The notes: generated by a model not told the origin, from the letters alone. DNA of 64,000 nucleotides from Curvularia clavata (GCA_023920165.1 CP089275.1:5518001-5582000), one strand, 5' to 3'. Numbered from the stretch's first letter, positions 48,365-60,951 are shown. Numbers and translations: made by a program.

Positions 48365-48715
48365 ATGGCCTCTCAAGCCCTCGTTCTGGCAACCAACACA
48401 GCACTCCAGCCCTACCAACCTACTCCCTACCAAGAGTACTCTTCAACATTACACCAACAACCCCCATCATACCAACCTCAGGCTCCACCTCCAAGCCCTT
48501 CAAAAGGCAGAAAAAGACGAAGCACTCCCGGCGGCGGACTTAAAAAAGGCCTTGATACACTCACCAAATGTCTCGAGCGCAAAATCGACCAACAGATTCT
48601 GCTCGCTCAGTCAAGAGCGCACGACACGTCATCGCAGCCGGCAGTGACAGCCAATGGTGGTAACAAAAAGGTGCACTGGGAAGAGCATAGCCACGTAGCG
48701 CAGGGGAATGCCTAG
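48365..48715 (+). CDS. Small hypothetical protein (116 aa, Q/P-rich)
   Basis: ATG in context ATAATGG, preceded by a CA-rich leader and a TACATAAG TATA-like element near 48234. Composition is protein-like, but I recognise no family. Confidence 0.55.
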   Translation: MASQALVLATNTALQPYQPTPYQEYSSTLHQQPPSYQPQAPPPSPSKGRKRRSTPGGGLKKGLDTLTKCLERKIDQQILLAQSRAHDTSSQPAVTANGGNKKVHWEEHSHVAQGNA

Positions 48716-49347
48716 ATGGTGTGGGACGGGGAGCCAGTGGGCTGGGAGTATGCTAGGAGGATGTGACGTGGTGAGATGAAGTTTGGGACTTGGAGTCTCT
48801 ATGGATCGAAAGTTGCTCTGATCTTTGTGCGTCTAAAAGTAGCGGGGTATGTATGTTGGAGTGACGATTGGCTGTGAGTGGCTCAAGGTGTTGTGGCTAG
48901 GCAGGCTTTCGGTGCTTTATCCGGGGTATCGTGCTGTATTGACCGACACTCACTGATAGCTCAGATATTTGGGGAATGAGGAAAGTTAGGATATGTCTAT
49001 TTGTGAGGGGCCTTTGGACCGATAGAGAGATGAGGAGCAATGTATTTGCACCTTCACAGGCTTAGCGACGATATTGGAGACTCTGCTTCAGGATGTTGGA
49101 TAAGAATTTTTTGTCTAGAGTTCTGCGCTACTATGTATTATTGATTCTTATAGAGAAGACTAAGAATGCGCTTTTGCTGTCTTTGAACGTATGTATGACT
49201 ACACGGTTCATTGCTACGGCACGTGACCAATTGATGCAGGCAGAGAGATGCCTAACCAAAGTCGTAACACCCAGTACTAAGCTCTCCATCCAAGCACTTG
49301 ACGTGATACCGAAATCCTTATCCGAGCCAGAAATTTCCAAAGAGAAA

Positions 49348-50132
49348 ATGGGGTCGGGGCAGACATACAGCAAGCATTTCATCCCGCTCGAGTCAAGCCC
49401 AGAGATATTTACAGAGCTTGCGCACAGCCTAGGGTTATCCGTGTCGCTCGAGTTTCAAGACGTGCTTTCGTTGGACGACGCCGAACTCATAGGATTGCTG
49501 CCACGGCCGGCATATGGTTTGATTCTGGTCTTTCCGACAACAGAAACATATGAGAAAAAGGTCGAGAATGAGGATGCCAAACTCGAGAACTTCCAGACCA
49601 CTACGCAGAGTGATGATGTGGTATTCTTCAGACAGACAATAAACAACGCATGTGGTCTGTATGCTATTCTTCACGCTGTGTGCAATGGGCAGGCGAGAAA
49701 TAAGATAGGTGGGAATGAGTCTGATGGGCGATAAAAACAAAGCTGACAAGCTCAGAGTGCGACTCCATCCTTGCCAAAGTGCTCAGCACAAGTCTAAAGA
49801 ATGATCCCGACGAACTGGCACAGGCATTGGAGAACAATGGGCCCTTGGAAAAGGCATATGCTGAAGCAGCGACCAAGGGCAGTACGGATGCGCCAATCAA
49901 CGCCGAAGACGAGGTGGATTATCACTACATTGCCTTTGTCAAGTCATCCAAAAGCGACCGCCTCTACCAACTCGACGGAGACCGGAAGCGCCCTATTGAA
50001 CTTGGAGCTCTCCCAGTAGATGAGGATGTCCTTGGGGAGACGTGTCTCAACGTCATCCGCAAGATGGTGGCACTTGAAGTTGACAATGTCAACTTCAGCC
50101 TCATGGCTTTGGTTGAAGGTGCTGGAATGTAG
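49348..50132 (+). CDS. Ubiquitin C-terminal hydrolase (peptidase C12, UCH-L3/Yuh1-like)
   Basis: FIPLESSPEIFTELAHSLG, QTINNACGLYAILHA (catalytic Cys), VDYHYIAFV (His), LYQLDG (Asp), FSLMAL. Intron near 49709-49756. Confidence 0.93.
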
Positions 50133-50600
50133 GTAGCCAAGGAGTCACACTCGCCGTAGGATGTCTCCGAAGAGCGACAAAGTGTGAACTATGAAGGACC
50201 TGTATTTTGCTCTTGCAACAGAGAATGCACGTACTCGAGTACAGCCGCATACACCACAACCAAGCAAGACGCGAGGCTGTGGGATGCTCCCCGAGGGGAC
50301 TTGTAGAAGTGTCGGAGACCAAGTGGCTGATGTGCAGGTTGCGTCCTATTAATGTGTATAATGATCTGGGTATATACGAATCAATTGACCTCGCTTTAAA
50401 GGCTTGTTGACATAGTCCCAAGTGATGTTAGAAAGATGGGAATGGGCGTCTGAGGAAGAAAAGTTGAGATGCTGGCGCATGGACCACCACGCGCTAGGCT
50501 AGCTCGCGAGTCCTGGAGCTTCACCTCCAGCGACGTCCCCAACCGCGATTGTGACTACATTCGATTCCCCTCCCCCGCGCTATCACGACAAATCGCAGTC

Positions 50601-51681
50601 ATGACGAAGAAGCGCAAGAGGTACCCAAATTTGGCCCAGAAGCTCGAGGTCAGCATACCACACGCAAATCGCAAACACGACACGCACTAACCCTTCGCAG
50701 CGACCATGGTGTTACTACTGCGAGCGCGACTTTGATGACCTGAAGATTCTCATCTCTCACCAAAAAGCCAAACACTTCAAATGTGACCGCTGTGGACGCC
50801 GACTCAACACTGCCGGAGGTATGCAGGTCCGCAGTGATATGCATTTCCAGCGCCCCTACTAACAGCGGACTAGGTCTCTCTGTGCACATGAACCAGGTCC
50901 ACAAGGAGAACCTCACACAGGTCGAGAATGCCAAACCGGGGCGCCAAGGTCTCGAGCTCGAGATCTTTGGTATGGAGGGTGTTCCCGCGGAGTTGATAGA
51001 CAAGCACAACCAAGAAGTCACGCAAACACATTTCGCGGAGGAGCAAGAGCGCGCGCGGTTAACGGGTAACCCGATGCGTGGCTTGTACGGCAACGCAACG
51101 ACAGCTCCCCACAAGCGACCCAAGATCAACGAGACACTAGAAGACATTGAAGCGAGGGCAGCCAAGTTCAGAGAGGACCGCAAGAACGGTGTTGTTCCCC
51201 CGCCAGCGGAGCCTGTACAGAATGAAGTACGTATATGTAGAGAGTTGAATAGTAGGGGTATGGCTAACCAGTCTGCTAGACACCACCCGTCGTCCAACCG
51301 CCCTTTGGTGTACCTCCAGGCGCCCCTGCAGCGTTTCCACCTGGCGCTGCATACCCGCCCCAAGGCATGCCACAACCTTTCGCACCCGCCAATCCCGCCA
51401 TACCGACAAGACCAGGCAGCATACCAGGTCAACCCGGCGCGCTTCCTCCTCGACCAGGGTTTGGCGCACCTCCACCCGGTGCCTTTCCTCCTGGCCAAAA
51501 CGGCGACATTTCCAACTCTGTCGACGATCTCATCAACGAGGTGGCCAAGGAGGCTGCGCCAAAGGAAGAAAAGAAGAGCAAAAAGGACAAGAACCAGCGA
51601 CTTATTTTCTATGCCGAGACGGAGAGTCCGGAGGAGAAGATGGCGGCGTTGCCGAGGTTTGCGGAGTATAAGCGGACGTAA
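50601..51681 (+). CDS. ZNF207: C2H2 zinc-finger protein, ZNF207/BuGZ family
   Basis: Exons 50601-50648, 50701-50818, 50874-51226, 51280-51681. [60 protein letters not shown] and C-terminal [12 protein letters not shown]. Confidence 0.92.
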
Positions 51682-52403
51682 AGATCAGAGAAGGGTTTGC
51701 GATATCTTGACATGTTTCATGAGACTGAGGGCAAAGTGGCACACATTTTCCACACATGTTGGAAAGAAGTACTCTAAAAGGGCTCACACTGAAGCTTAAA
51801 TATGCTTTGCAGCAAAGGCAAGAAGTCCCCCCTTCTGTTTCTTCTTTTCTTGCCTAAGGACGCACGGGGCTGGGGAGGCGGGGAGAGCAATATTGGACGG
51901 GTTTAGCGTCGTACTCTGGTACACAATTTACGATATGAAATATCAGAGCGTCTGAACAGTCAGGCGGCCAGACAGAAAGTTAGCGGAATAGAGAAGATAG
52001 AATGAAAGCCGCTGATTTATGAAGATATCAAGGACAAAGTAGATTTTCTGTTCACGCGCGTGATAAATTAGTGCAAATCAACCGTTTCAAGTCAAATGGG
52101 AAGAAGTGGATTACAGAAAGGGTATCTTGCATTAATGACGTTTAATCTGGGGGGATGTTTGGCTAACTAAGTTTTGATATACATATGGACTATGCGAGAC
52201 AAGAGATCCCAAGTCCATGTCGAGAACAACAAAATGCGGACTTTGGAGGAGAAGGGAAGGAAGTAAAAAAAACAACAATATTGGTATCCCCCCTGATCCC
52301 CATTTTTGATCTCCCCAATATGAGAAAAGGCGTGTGTCGTCTCTATCCCAACCGAAACAAATCAGAAGGAGTAAAAGGAAGAAGAGAAGGGAAAGGAAAG
52401 ACA

Positions 52404-54011
52404 TTATTGATCGTAAAAGCCCAATTCCTCGCCTTCTTCCTGCTCATCCTCGTCATACTCTTCGCTCTGGTCATCCTCATCTCGGGAACCGCTGCTACTG
52501 CTGCTAGAATCATCTTCGCTGGCGCGCGCCCACTCGGACGTTTCGGTAAACAGGGATTCACCGAGGTCCAAGGCGCGAGCTTGTGTAGTCGTCGATGGGC
52601 CGAGGAAAGAATCATGCTCATGCTCGTCCTGTTCAGGCATGGGATCTACTTCCTGGAGCAAACCAGCCTTTTCGGTGTCGGTATCATGATCATCAGCAGC
52701 GAAGCCAACGGATTTTGCAGTGTTGGGACGCTCGTGGTCGTCTGTGTGGTGCGAGGACATCGGAGCAGGACGCGGTTGCTCTTCGATGATGTCGCCGTTC
52801 CAAGGGCGACATTCTTTGACGAGGTCGCCGCAGCGGAGACAGGTCCAGCCTTCGCCTTCTTCGTTGGCGATGCGCTGGGCAAGGCACGCAAAGCAGTATA
52901 TGCAGCCGCAGGGGATGGCCTCGTACGGGTTGGTGATGTCGGTTGCGGCGCTGCCGACGACGCCGCCGCCGCCGGCCGAGGACGCCATGATGTCGGCTTC
53001 GCTGGCGGTCGTAGGGTTCTGGTCCCGGTAGCAGATGGCGCAGGTGCGCTCGGGGAGGAAGCCTAGCTCGCCAGATGCTTTGCCTTGTTCTTCATCGTCA
53101 TCGGTCGAGGATGATTTGGATTTACCCAGGAGGGAGAATAGGGTCGCCCGGAGTTTCTTAAAGGTGCGGCTGAGAATGCGGCGCCAGCGGGATATGCCCA
53201 CGAGCGGGAGGAGGAAGAGCAGAAACTCGGTAAAGGCGTGCCAGACGAGCTGGCGGTTCAGGTATTCGAAACTGACTTCACGTGAAGTCGAGTGCGAGGA
53301 CGGCGTAAGGCGCAAGCGCAGGAGGCGGTCCGTAATCGTTCTATACCGTCCGTCGACGAGAAAGACGAGGAAGCTGGCGAGGCCGAGTACGTCGTGTGCG
53401 CTTCCGGCCATTTCACTCAATCTCCCCAACAGCTTGAGCCGCGCTGATTCCGGCCGTGTGTAGTCTTCCGACGTGGCCAAGAGGTACTCTTCCCACTTTG
53501 TCCACGCATATCTCCCGCCTACGGTAATAGCGCCGTAGGCAATCTTCTGCCAGGGTTTTGGAGGTGGTCGATTGGGTGCGCTGCTGCGGGCGTCTGTATA
53601 GCGCAACCCCTGTAGATGGGCGCCATAACTGGCATTCTGGTCCCAGATGCTCAACTTCCACAAGATGGCGCGCAAAACCAGGAGTATTTCAGCCGAGTAG
53701 TTGTCTGTGACATGGGAGCCGAAGTATTTCAGACCCTCGCCAACCTGGTCTTTAAGGAGCGTCAGCAGCTCCTCGTCGAGCAGCTCGGCATCGACCTGGC
53801 CAACTCGAAATTCCGGGCGCGTTCCCGAGCGGCCTTTGATCGCGTCCCAGACGCTGAACCCTGCCGATGAGACGGTACTCAGGGGAAATGGGAGGCGGGC
53901 GAGGGCGCGAGCAGGACGCGATGGCTCATGATGGTTGCGCTGCTGGAGCGCGCGCTGGGCGCGGCGGGCTGCTATGCGTTGCTGGGCGGCGGCGAAGTCT
54001 GCGGAGTGCAT
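52404..54011 (-). CDS. PEX2: Peroxin-2 RING E3 ligase
   Basis: RVGQVDAELLDEEL, SYGAHLQGLRY, FLVDGRYRTITDRLL, VSFEYLNRQLVWHAFTEFLLF, RING CAIC...PCGCIYCFAC...CLRC and an acidic tail. Confidence 0.95.
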   Translation of the reverse strand: MHSADFAAAQQRIAARRAQRALQQRNHHEPSRPARALARLPFPLSTVSSAGFSVWDAIKGRSGTRPEFRVGQVDAELLDEELLTLLKDQVGEGLKYFGSHVTDNYSAEILLVLRAILWKLSIWDQNASYGAHLQGLRYTDARSSAPNRPPPKPWQKIAYGAITVGGRYAWTKWEEYLLATSEDYTRPESARLKLLGRLSEMAGSAHDVLGLASFLVFLVDGRYRTITDRLLRLRLTPSSHSTSREVSFEYLNRQLVWHAFTEFLLFLLPLVGISRWRRILSRTFKKLRATLFSLLGKSKSSSTDDDEEQGKASGELGFLPERTCAICYRDQNPTTASEADIMASSAGGGGVVGSAATDITNPYEAIPCGCIYCFACLAQRIANEEGEGWTCLRCGDLVKECRPWNGDIIEEQPRPAPMSSHHTDDHERPNTAKSVGFAADDHDTDTEKAGLLQEVDPMPEQDEHEHDSFLGPSTTTQARALDLGESLFTETSEWARASEDDSSSSSSGSRDEDDQSEEYDEDEQEEGEELGFYDQ

Positions 54012-54613
54012 CTGGAAGCATTGGAAGGCTGCCGGGCGGGAGGAGGCGGATGGAAGCGTCGCAAGGGGAGAGCCGTTGGGGGGTGGTATTAGTATGGAGT
54101 TGAAGTGGTGTTGTTGGTGGTGATATCAGGGCGTGATAGCAATGGGCCGAGGTTGGCTATAGCCGATGGATGCGCGCCTGAGCCCTGCAGCACACGCCAC
54201 ACCAACAGCCGCATGTCTAAGCATGTGCAAACAATCAGAGTGGCACAGTATGCTGTGCCCATCAGAAGCCACCCACCTGCTCTTGCGTACACTTGTTCAT
54301 CCACCGTACTGGTCGTCGCTCGCTCTCTCGTCGTGTCTCGGAGGTCCGAGCTAGGACGCGGGGAGGCAGCATGGAATTTGTTTCCTCTGCTGCAACACCA
54401 AACACATCCCACTCCGCGGCTTCACCTTCACTGCCGCCTGGGTGAGCAGGCCTCGTGACCCGTTTGTCGCTCACTGTAAACACTCTATAGCTCATTTCCT
54501 TTGAACCTGTCTTCCTATTTCTGTCTCTTTCCCAGTTACACTGCACTGTCTGCCCGGAACTGCCCCACCACCGCTCCATCCACATAGACAACACAACCCC
54601 GCCACAGAAGAGG

Positions 54614-57600
54614 ATGAGTGCCAGCTTCCAGGTAGAGGTCCCTGGAGAGGCCAATCCTCTGACAGAGGGCATTTTGTTTCACGTTCTACGCTCGGCGTCA
54701 TCAACAGACCAGACCCAGGTCCAGACGGGCACCAAGCAGTTGCAGCATTGGGAAAAGACCCAGGGCTTCTATCCTCTGCTCCAGGTACATTGACATGATG
54801 CCTATGGACAATACAAACTTCTAACAGCCTCTAGTCCGTCTTCCTCGACCACTCCCTTCCACTCGAAGTGCGCTACCTCGCCATCATCCAGTTGAAGAAC
54901 GGTATCGACAAGTACTGGCGCAAGACTGCCACCAATGCCGTGTCCAAGGAAGACAAAGCGACTATTCGAGCACGCCTGCTAGAGAGTGCTGTCAACGAAG
55001 CGGATCCCCGGCTCGCCCTCCAGAACGCCTTAGTCGTCGCAAAGATTGTCCGCTTCGAGTTTCCCAACGACTGGCCTGATCTGTTCCAGCAGCTCCTTCA
55101 CGTACTGCGCGCCTCGACCGAGCCAAATACTCCCCCGTTGCAGCTCCCCCGTGCGCTGCTCGTCCTCCTATACATCATAAAGGAACTGTCTACAGGACGG
55201 CTATTGCGTACCCGTCAGAGTCTGCAATCGGTTGCTCCCGAAATCTTCAACGTGCTAGGAACGATTTACGTGAACAAGGTACAGACATGGCAGGGATTCT
55301 TTCGCGACGGCGGTGATGATGAAGGCGGTGCAATAGACAGCATTGACCACAGCCTGCTCGCTATTAAGACCCTCAGACGGCTCTTGATTGCAGGTTATGA
55401 ATTTCCAGGTAGGGACAAAGACATCCAGGACTTCTGGACGCTAACGCGCACGCACCTGGGCGAGTTCCTACAGTATGTAACCCCGGAGAACTCTCCTCTT
55501 GCACTGGAGGTCCAGAACAAGGTTGGAAAGCATCTGATGCAGCTTTCCAAACTTCACCTCACCATGGCAACCACCCACCCCTCAGACTTTGTCCTTTTGC
55601 CCAACTCAATAGATCTTGCACACGATTACTGGAGTCTAGTCTCCAAAGTAGGCGAGACCTGGGGCTCTACGTCCATAGAAGGTGCCAAGATTGGTACCGA
55701 TGGCGATGCTGAAGACGAAGCACCCATACTCGAACGTCTCGCTCTCAAAGGTTTGCTATTGATCCGTGCCTGTGTGAAGATGGTCTTCTACCCCACTCAG
55801 ACCTTTCGCTACAAGCATCAGCAGGAAAAGGATGAGAGGAACCAAGCTATGCAACTCGTCCGGACCGGCCTATTTACTGACGACCTGGTTCGTGAGATGA
55901 TATCAGCATTGGTTCAACGCTTTTTCGTTTTCCGACCCAGCGACCTCCGCATGTGGGAGGAAGAGCCCGATGAATGGGAGAAGATGGAAGAGGGCGCAGA
56001 GGACTGGGAGTTCGCCATCCGACCCTGTGCCGAAAAGCTGTTCTTAGATCTCGCAAAGAATTTCAAAGATTTGATCATCGAACCCCTACTCCAAGTCTTC
56101 TACTCTGTCGCGAGTGAGTACTTGCCCAAACGTGACAAGTCTGAGCCTTGGCTAACGTCTTGCAGCCCCACAGAATGAGGATATCCTGTTCAAGGACTCT
56201 GTGTATACGGCCATCGGTCTTGCGGCTGACATACTCCACGACAAGGTTGATTTTGACGCCTTTCTCGAGAACACTTTGGTCGTTGAGGCTACTAAGCAAA
56301 CACCGGGCTTCAACATCATTCGCCGTCGTATTGCCATTATCATTTCACAGTGGATTACGATAAAGATGGCACAAGAGAAGAAACCCATAGTGTACCAGAT
56401 TTTCCAACATTTGCTCGACAAGAACGATCCGCTCAACGACCAGGTAGTTCGGATCACGGCCGGAAGGAAGTTTCACGCCGTCGCAGACGAATGGGAGTTC
56501 AAGGCCGATGCCTTTTTGCCATACTCTCAAATCATGCTCGACAGGCTCATGGCATTGGTGCAAGAGGCGGAGCTTCCAGAGACAAAGATGGCGTTACTGA
56601 ACACCATCAGTCTCATTGTCGAGAGAATGGAGCATCACGTAAGTGAAATTTACCCGCTATACAGTTCGAGGCTGACGTGACAGATTACGCCATACGCGAA
56701 CAGCATTGTTGCTCTCCTACCCCCGCTATGGGAGCAATCCGGCGAAGAGCACTTGATGAAACAAGCAATTCTCACAATACTTGCCCGTCTGACAAATGCC
56801 ATGAAGGCCGAATCACGCTCTTTCCACGTCTCGTTCCTACCAATCATCCAAAGTGCCATTGAGCCTGGTTCAGAAACCCAAGTCTACCTGCTCGAGGATG
56901 CATTAGATCTATGGGCGTCTATTCTCGCGCAGACACCATCAGCCCCAGAGCCTACGCCACCAGAGCTTCTCCATCTGCTCCAGTATCTCCTCCCACTCTT
57001 CAGCATGGACAACGACACCCTTCGCAAAGCCATTGAGCTCACTGAAGCCTATCTTCTTCTTGCACCTTCCGCTGTGTTAGCCGACTCTTTTCGGCCTACG
57101 GTTCTGCAAGCACTCACTGACTTGCTCGGAACTCTGAAGCCCGAAGCGAACGGAATCATGACACACCTCGTGACATGTATCATCCGCGGCGCAGAAGGCG
57201 TTGGTGGCGAACAAGCAATCAAGGTTCTGACCAGCGACTTGATCTCCACTGGCTTCTTAGCCAAGGTCCTAGAAGGACTCCACGGCGCCTGGACACACCA
57301 CCAGTCTCACGGTCCGTACCGCGAACTACCCGCTCATGCCGTTGATGGTGTAGTAGAAACAGACTACTTTACCGTACTCGCCCGCATCGGTGTTGCCTCA
57401 CCCTCTGTCCTACTCGAAGCTCTTGCATCCCTTTCCAGCGAAGGACTCGAAAAGACGCTCGACTGGCTGTTAGAAGAATGGTTCAGTCACATCGAGAACA
57501 TTGGCGATTCACCAAACAAGAAGCTCATGTGTCTTGTTCTGACAAGGTTCCTCGAGGGCGGTCAGCCGTGGATGCTGGCCAAGTTGCAGTCGCTGATCGG

Positions 57601-57954
57601 TGTCTGGACAGATGTCCTGGGCGAGTTGTTGGATGGCATGGACGATCGCACCCAAGAGTATGTTTATCGTCTTCCCCCTGTTCTGGAGTCTCTATGTTTG
57701 CTAACGATTGCAGCTCTCTCTACTGGCCCCCGGAGCCTTACCATCCAACGGAGCCCGAGGCTCCAGAGGACGTACGCAAGCGTGAACTTATTTACACAGA
57801 TCCGGTCCATCAGATTAACCTCGTGGCGTTTGTCAGGGAGCACTTGCAGCAGGCGATTCAGCAGGCGGGTGGCGAGCAGGCGTTTCAGAAGGAGTGGCTG
57901 AGTAGGGTGGACAAGGAGGTGCTGAAGGGATTTGGGGAGTTGGGGATCATGTAG
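54614..57954 (+). CDS. KAP120: Importin-11 / karyopherin Kap120
   Basis: MSASFQVEVPGEANPL, IBN_N RYLAIIQLKNGIDKYWRK, KIVRFEFPNDWPDLF, WEEEPDEW, RPCAEKLF, IIRRRIAIIISQW, YLLEDALDLW, DPVHQINL. About five exons. Confidence 0.92.
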
Positions 57955-58419
57955 GTGTGTGAAGGGACGAGAAGAAGGTGTAAAGGTACATGGTAGGGGT
58001 AAAGGAAATAGCAGGCGATAAATGAGTAACTTGCCTTTGATGCTTTGATGGTCTTTCAGAGACCGTGTGCTGTTGTAGTGCCTTTTTTTATGTTCCCTGC
58101 CTGGAGAGTGATGGCATTTATCTTGTGGTGTATACGAGAGTAAGTCAAATGTTGGACTGCGAGAATACACGAACGTGTACAATTCATCCCAAGACTGTAA
58201 GAATACGAAAGGGAGGCGTACTTTTTTACGATTACGCCCTCTTCTTTATACATTGTGCTTTCCCAGATAACCAAATTTTGTAGTTCCATATCTGTATACA
58301 TACACATAAGCATTCCTAATACTGTGCCCATACACACAATCTTCAACGTATATACATACCAACATCAAAACATAACGACGAAATCAAATATCAACAATCA
58401 ACAACAAAATCAAACTCCT

Positions 58420-60351
58420 CTAACCGGCGCCTCCATCTGCCCTCTGCATAAACACCCACATAGCCCTCACAACCGCGACTCCACTCCCCTGCGTCTCAAT
58501 CGTACGGCCACGACCGCGATCATTCAAATCGCCATCGCCATCCCTTCTTACATCCTTCTCCCTCGCCATCGTTCCTACACGCACTTGACCAGGAAAGCCA
58601 GATGTATTTTCTTTGTACAACTCCTCATCCGCCCCAAAGTCCCCATTTCGATAATCCGTCGCATTCTGCCTCATGCTTGGCCCTTTTACCATCTCCTCCC
58701 TATTACCAGTAGACGTAGAGATAGCAGGACTACTAGGAGCGCCCCACCAACCCCCAAACCTCCCCCTTGCATCTCTCGTCCTCAGCGCAGCGCGGGCATT
58801 ATGCGTGACCCACGCCGTGTATCCCGAGCAGCTATTACGATGCAAGTGCGCTGTTTCGCGTGTCGCGGCGTGAGTCTTTCCCGGTCGGAGGGCGCGCAGA
58901 GGAAGCGGGGCACAAAAGGCGGTTAAGTGGTGGAAGAAGATGCCCTTGAAGGACTGAGCATCTTGGTTACAATGGCCAGTTGGGTCGCAGTATTCGGTTA
59001 GGATGCCTTGGGCTCCGAGACCGTGCCAGTCGGACTGCTTTGAAAAGGCGGAATTCAGATTACTGCTGTCCCAGCCTGTGGCGCGAATCACGTTTCGCAC
59101 GAGTGCGTGCCCGTCTTCGAGGTAGGAAGTGTTGCCGGTGGCTTCCCAGAGGCCGCGCAGGCCGGAGAGCACAACGCCTTGGTTGTAGGTGTAGACCATT
59201 TCATTGCGGTCGTCGCACACAGTCTTGCTATGATTGGTGCGGTAGCCCGTGATGTGGAAGCCGTCGGTGTAGAGGCCCTGGTCATTGAGCATGCCGCTGT
59301 TGCGGAGCCAGTTGTATCCGTTGATTGCGTTGGCGAGGTACACGGGGTCGAACCGGCCGCGAAGTTGCTCATCGCAGTCATCGAGTTGTTGCTCTTCTTG
59401 TGGTCTTGAGGCGTCGTATGCGGTCAGAAATGGCGAGCAGTTTTCATCTCCGGGGAAATGCAAATACATGCTGATGCTGGCGGAGATAAAGAGCTGATTC
59501 GTAATTGCATTCTTGTATGGTAGCAGTCGAGGATTCCATGTCATGCCGCCCCCGCAGAGTCGCCAGTCCCATCCCTTTTCAGCCAGCTCATAAAAGACTC
59601 GGGCGCGGTGGGCAAATGCTGGGACGAACTGGCTTGCGTGCCAGGCCTTGCCGGAGGCCTTGTCCGGCATGTAATGGTTGTCAGAGTGGCTTTCAATAAA
59701 CATGGTCGCTTCCAACCAGCCCAGCACCACCCAGAGCATATCGTCGAAAGCTTGCATTCTTATTGCAAAGTGGTCTTCGCCAAAATAGTACGCAGACGTC
59801 TGGGCAAAGTACTTGTTGATTTCGTTCTCCACCATCTGTGCTTCGACATCGAGTTTCCTGCTCTTGTCAAATGTACCGGGCATGGTGTAAGAGAGCGACT
59901 GTGAGAGGGTTGATAGAGTGGCCGAGACGTAGGTGGAGACTACAGCTCCAGTCCAATCTATGGCAGTCGTGTACTTGCCAATCCACACTTCAAAATAGTG
60001 GTCCTGCATCGTAGAGAGAGAAGAATGGAGATCCTGGAGTATGTTGGCCTCTGTAAGAGAATAGCTGGCAGTGTTTGTTGACGCATCTTCTGGGAATATG
60101 GACGAAGATCCTTCGGACGGCACTCCTGGTGATAAATGGACTATTTTTTGATTCTCGGGCTCATAGATAGGCTGACTTATTTCTGCAGTGGTGTCAACAA
60201 GATTGAAGCTGATAAGGCGTGTCTTTACAGCCTCACCCTGTGCATCTCGTGGGCTCGAAGTGCTAGCTACGGAGGTGGTCACAAACGCGATCAGAAGCAA
60301 CGAGAGCAACACATGGAGTCGCCCATGTTTTGCGACAACAGTGTATGCCAT
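58420..60351 (-). CDS. Glycoside hydrolase family 76 protein (secreted)
   Basis: Signal/anchor (LHVLLSLLLIAFVTTSVA), catalytic DD in AFDDMLWVVLGW, CGGGMTW, YKNAITNQLF, TYNQGVVLSGL and FKGIFFHHL. Confidence 0.92.
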   Translation of the reverse strand: MAYTVVAKHGRLHVLLSLLLIAFVTTSVASTSSPRDAQGEAVKTRLISFNLVDTTAEISQPIYEPENQKIVHLSPGVPSEGSSSIFPEDASTNTASYSLTEANILQDLHSSLSTMQDHYFEVWIGKYTTAIDWTGAVVSTYVSATLSTLSQSLSYTMPGTFDKSRKLDVEAQMVENEINKYFAQTSAYYFGEDHFAIRMQAFDDMLWVVLGWLEATMFIESHSDNHYMPDKASGKAWHASQFVPAFAHRARVFYELAEKGWDWRLCGGGMTWNPRLLPYKNAITNQLFISASISMYLHFPGDENCSPFLTAYDASRPQEEQQLDDCDEQLRGRFDPVYLANAINGYNWLRNSGMLNDQGLYTDGFHITGYRTNHSKTVCDDRNEMVYTYNQGVVLSGLRGLWEATGNTSYLEDGHALVRNVIRATGWDSSNLNSAFSKQSDWHGLGAQGILTEYCDPTGHCNQDAQSFKGIFFHHLTAFCAPLPLRALRPGKTHAATRETAHLHRNSCSGYTAWVTHNARAALRTRDARGRFGGWWGAPSSPAISTSTGNREEMVKGPSMRQNATDYRNGDFGADEELYKENTSGFPGQVRVGTMAREKDVRRDGDGDLNDRGRGRTIETQGSGVAVVRAMWVFMQRADGGAG

Positions 60352-60951
60352 TTTTGGTGTCAGGAAGAGCTCCAGTGCTCTTACAACTATGGGGTTGGGC
60401 CAAAACAAAACACTATGCGACGCGTGGGGCTCTCGACGATGATATGTGCTCGAGCGCCGAGTAGGGACGCTACGACGGATACATAGAATAGACAAGCGAT
60501 TCCAGCGAGTGCTCCTGCTGGCGAAGTGGAGAGGTCATGGCGAGGAGGAGACGTGCCGCGGTCGTGTGAGGCTGAGGCTAGTATACGACCGACCCTAGCC
60601 AAGTCCATTTTCCCGCGCGTGCAGGTTTTGGCGCCTTGCTCTTTCTAGGGTATCCTTGAACAGAGAGAGTCTTAAAAGCTATGGATGGGGGTGATAGACT
60701 GAGCATCGCTATTGCGCAGTGACATGTTGTTATGGCACGTATAGTTAGAATGGATGCTGACATTATCACTGGTCTACCATAATGCGTGGGGGACACAGCA
60801 GTGCCAAGCCCAAACCCTGCGCCCGCCCCCGCCCCGCCGATGATTCCTGCGCACAGACCTCTTCCATCCCAAGTCGCCAAAAAAGAGGATATCGTCCACA
60901 CACCCACCAGAAGCCCACCAAGACCTCTACAAAAGCAAAAACAAAAGATAG

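Noticed and set aside
52185..53463. Long plus-strand ORFs opposite PEX2 (similar ones lie opposite fungalysin, TIM50, ALDH and GH76)
   Set aside because: These are antisense shadows of GC3-rich genes and carry no recognisable motifs.
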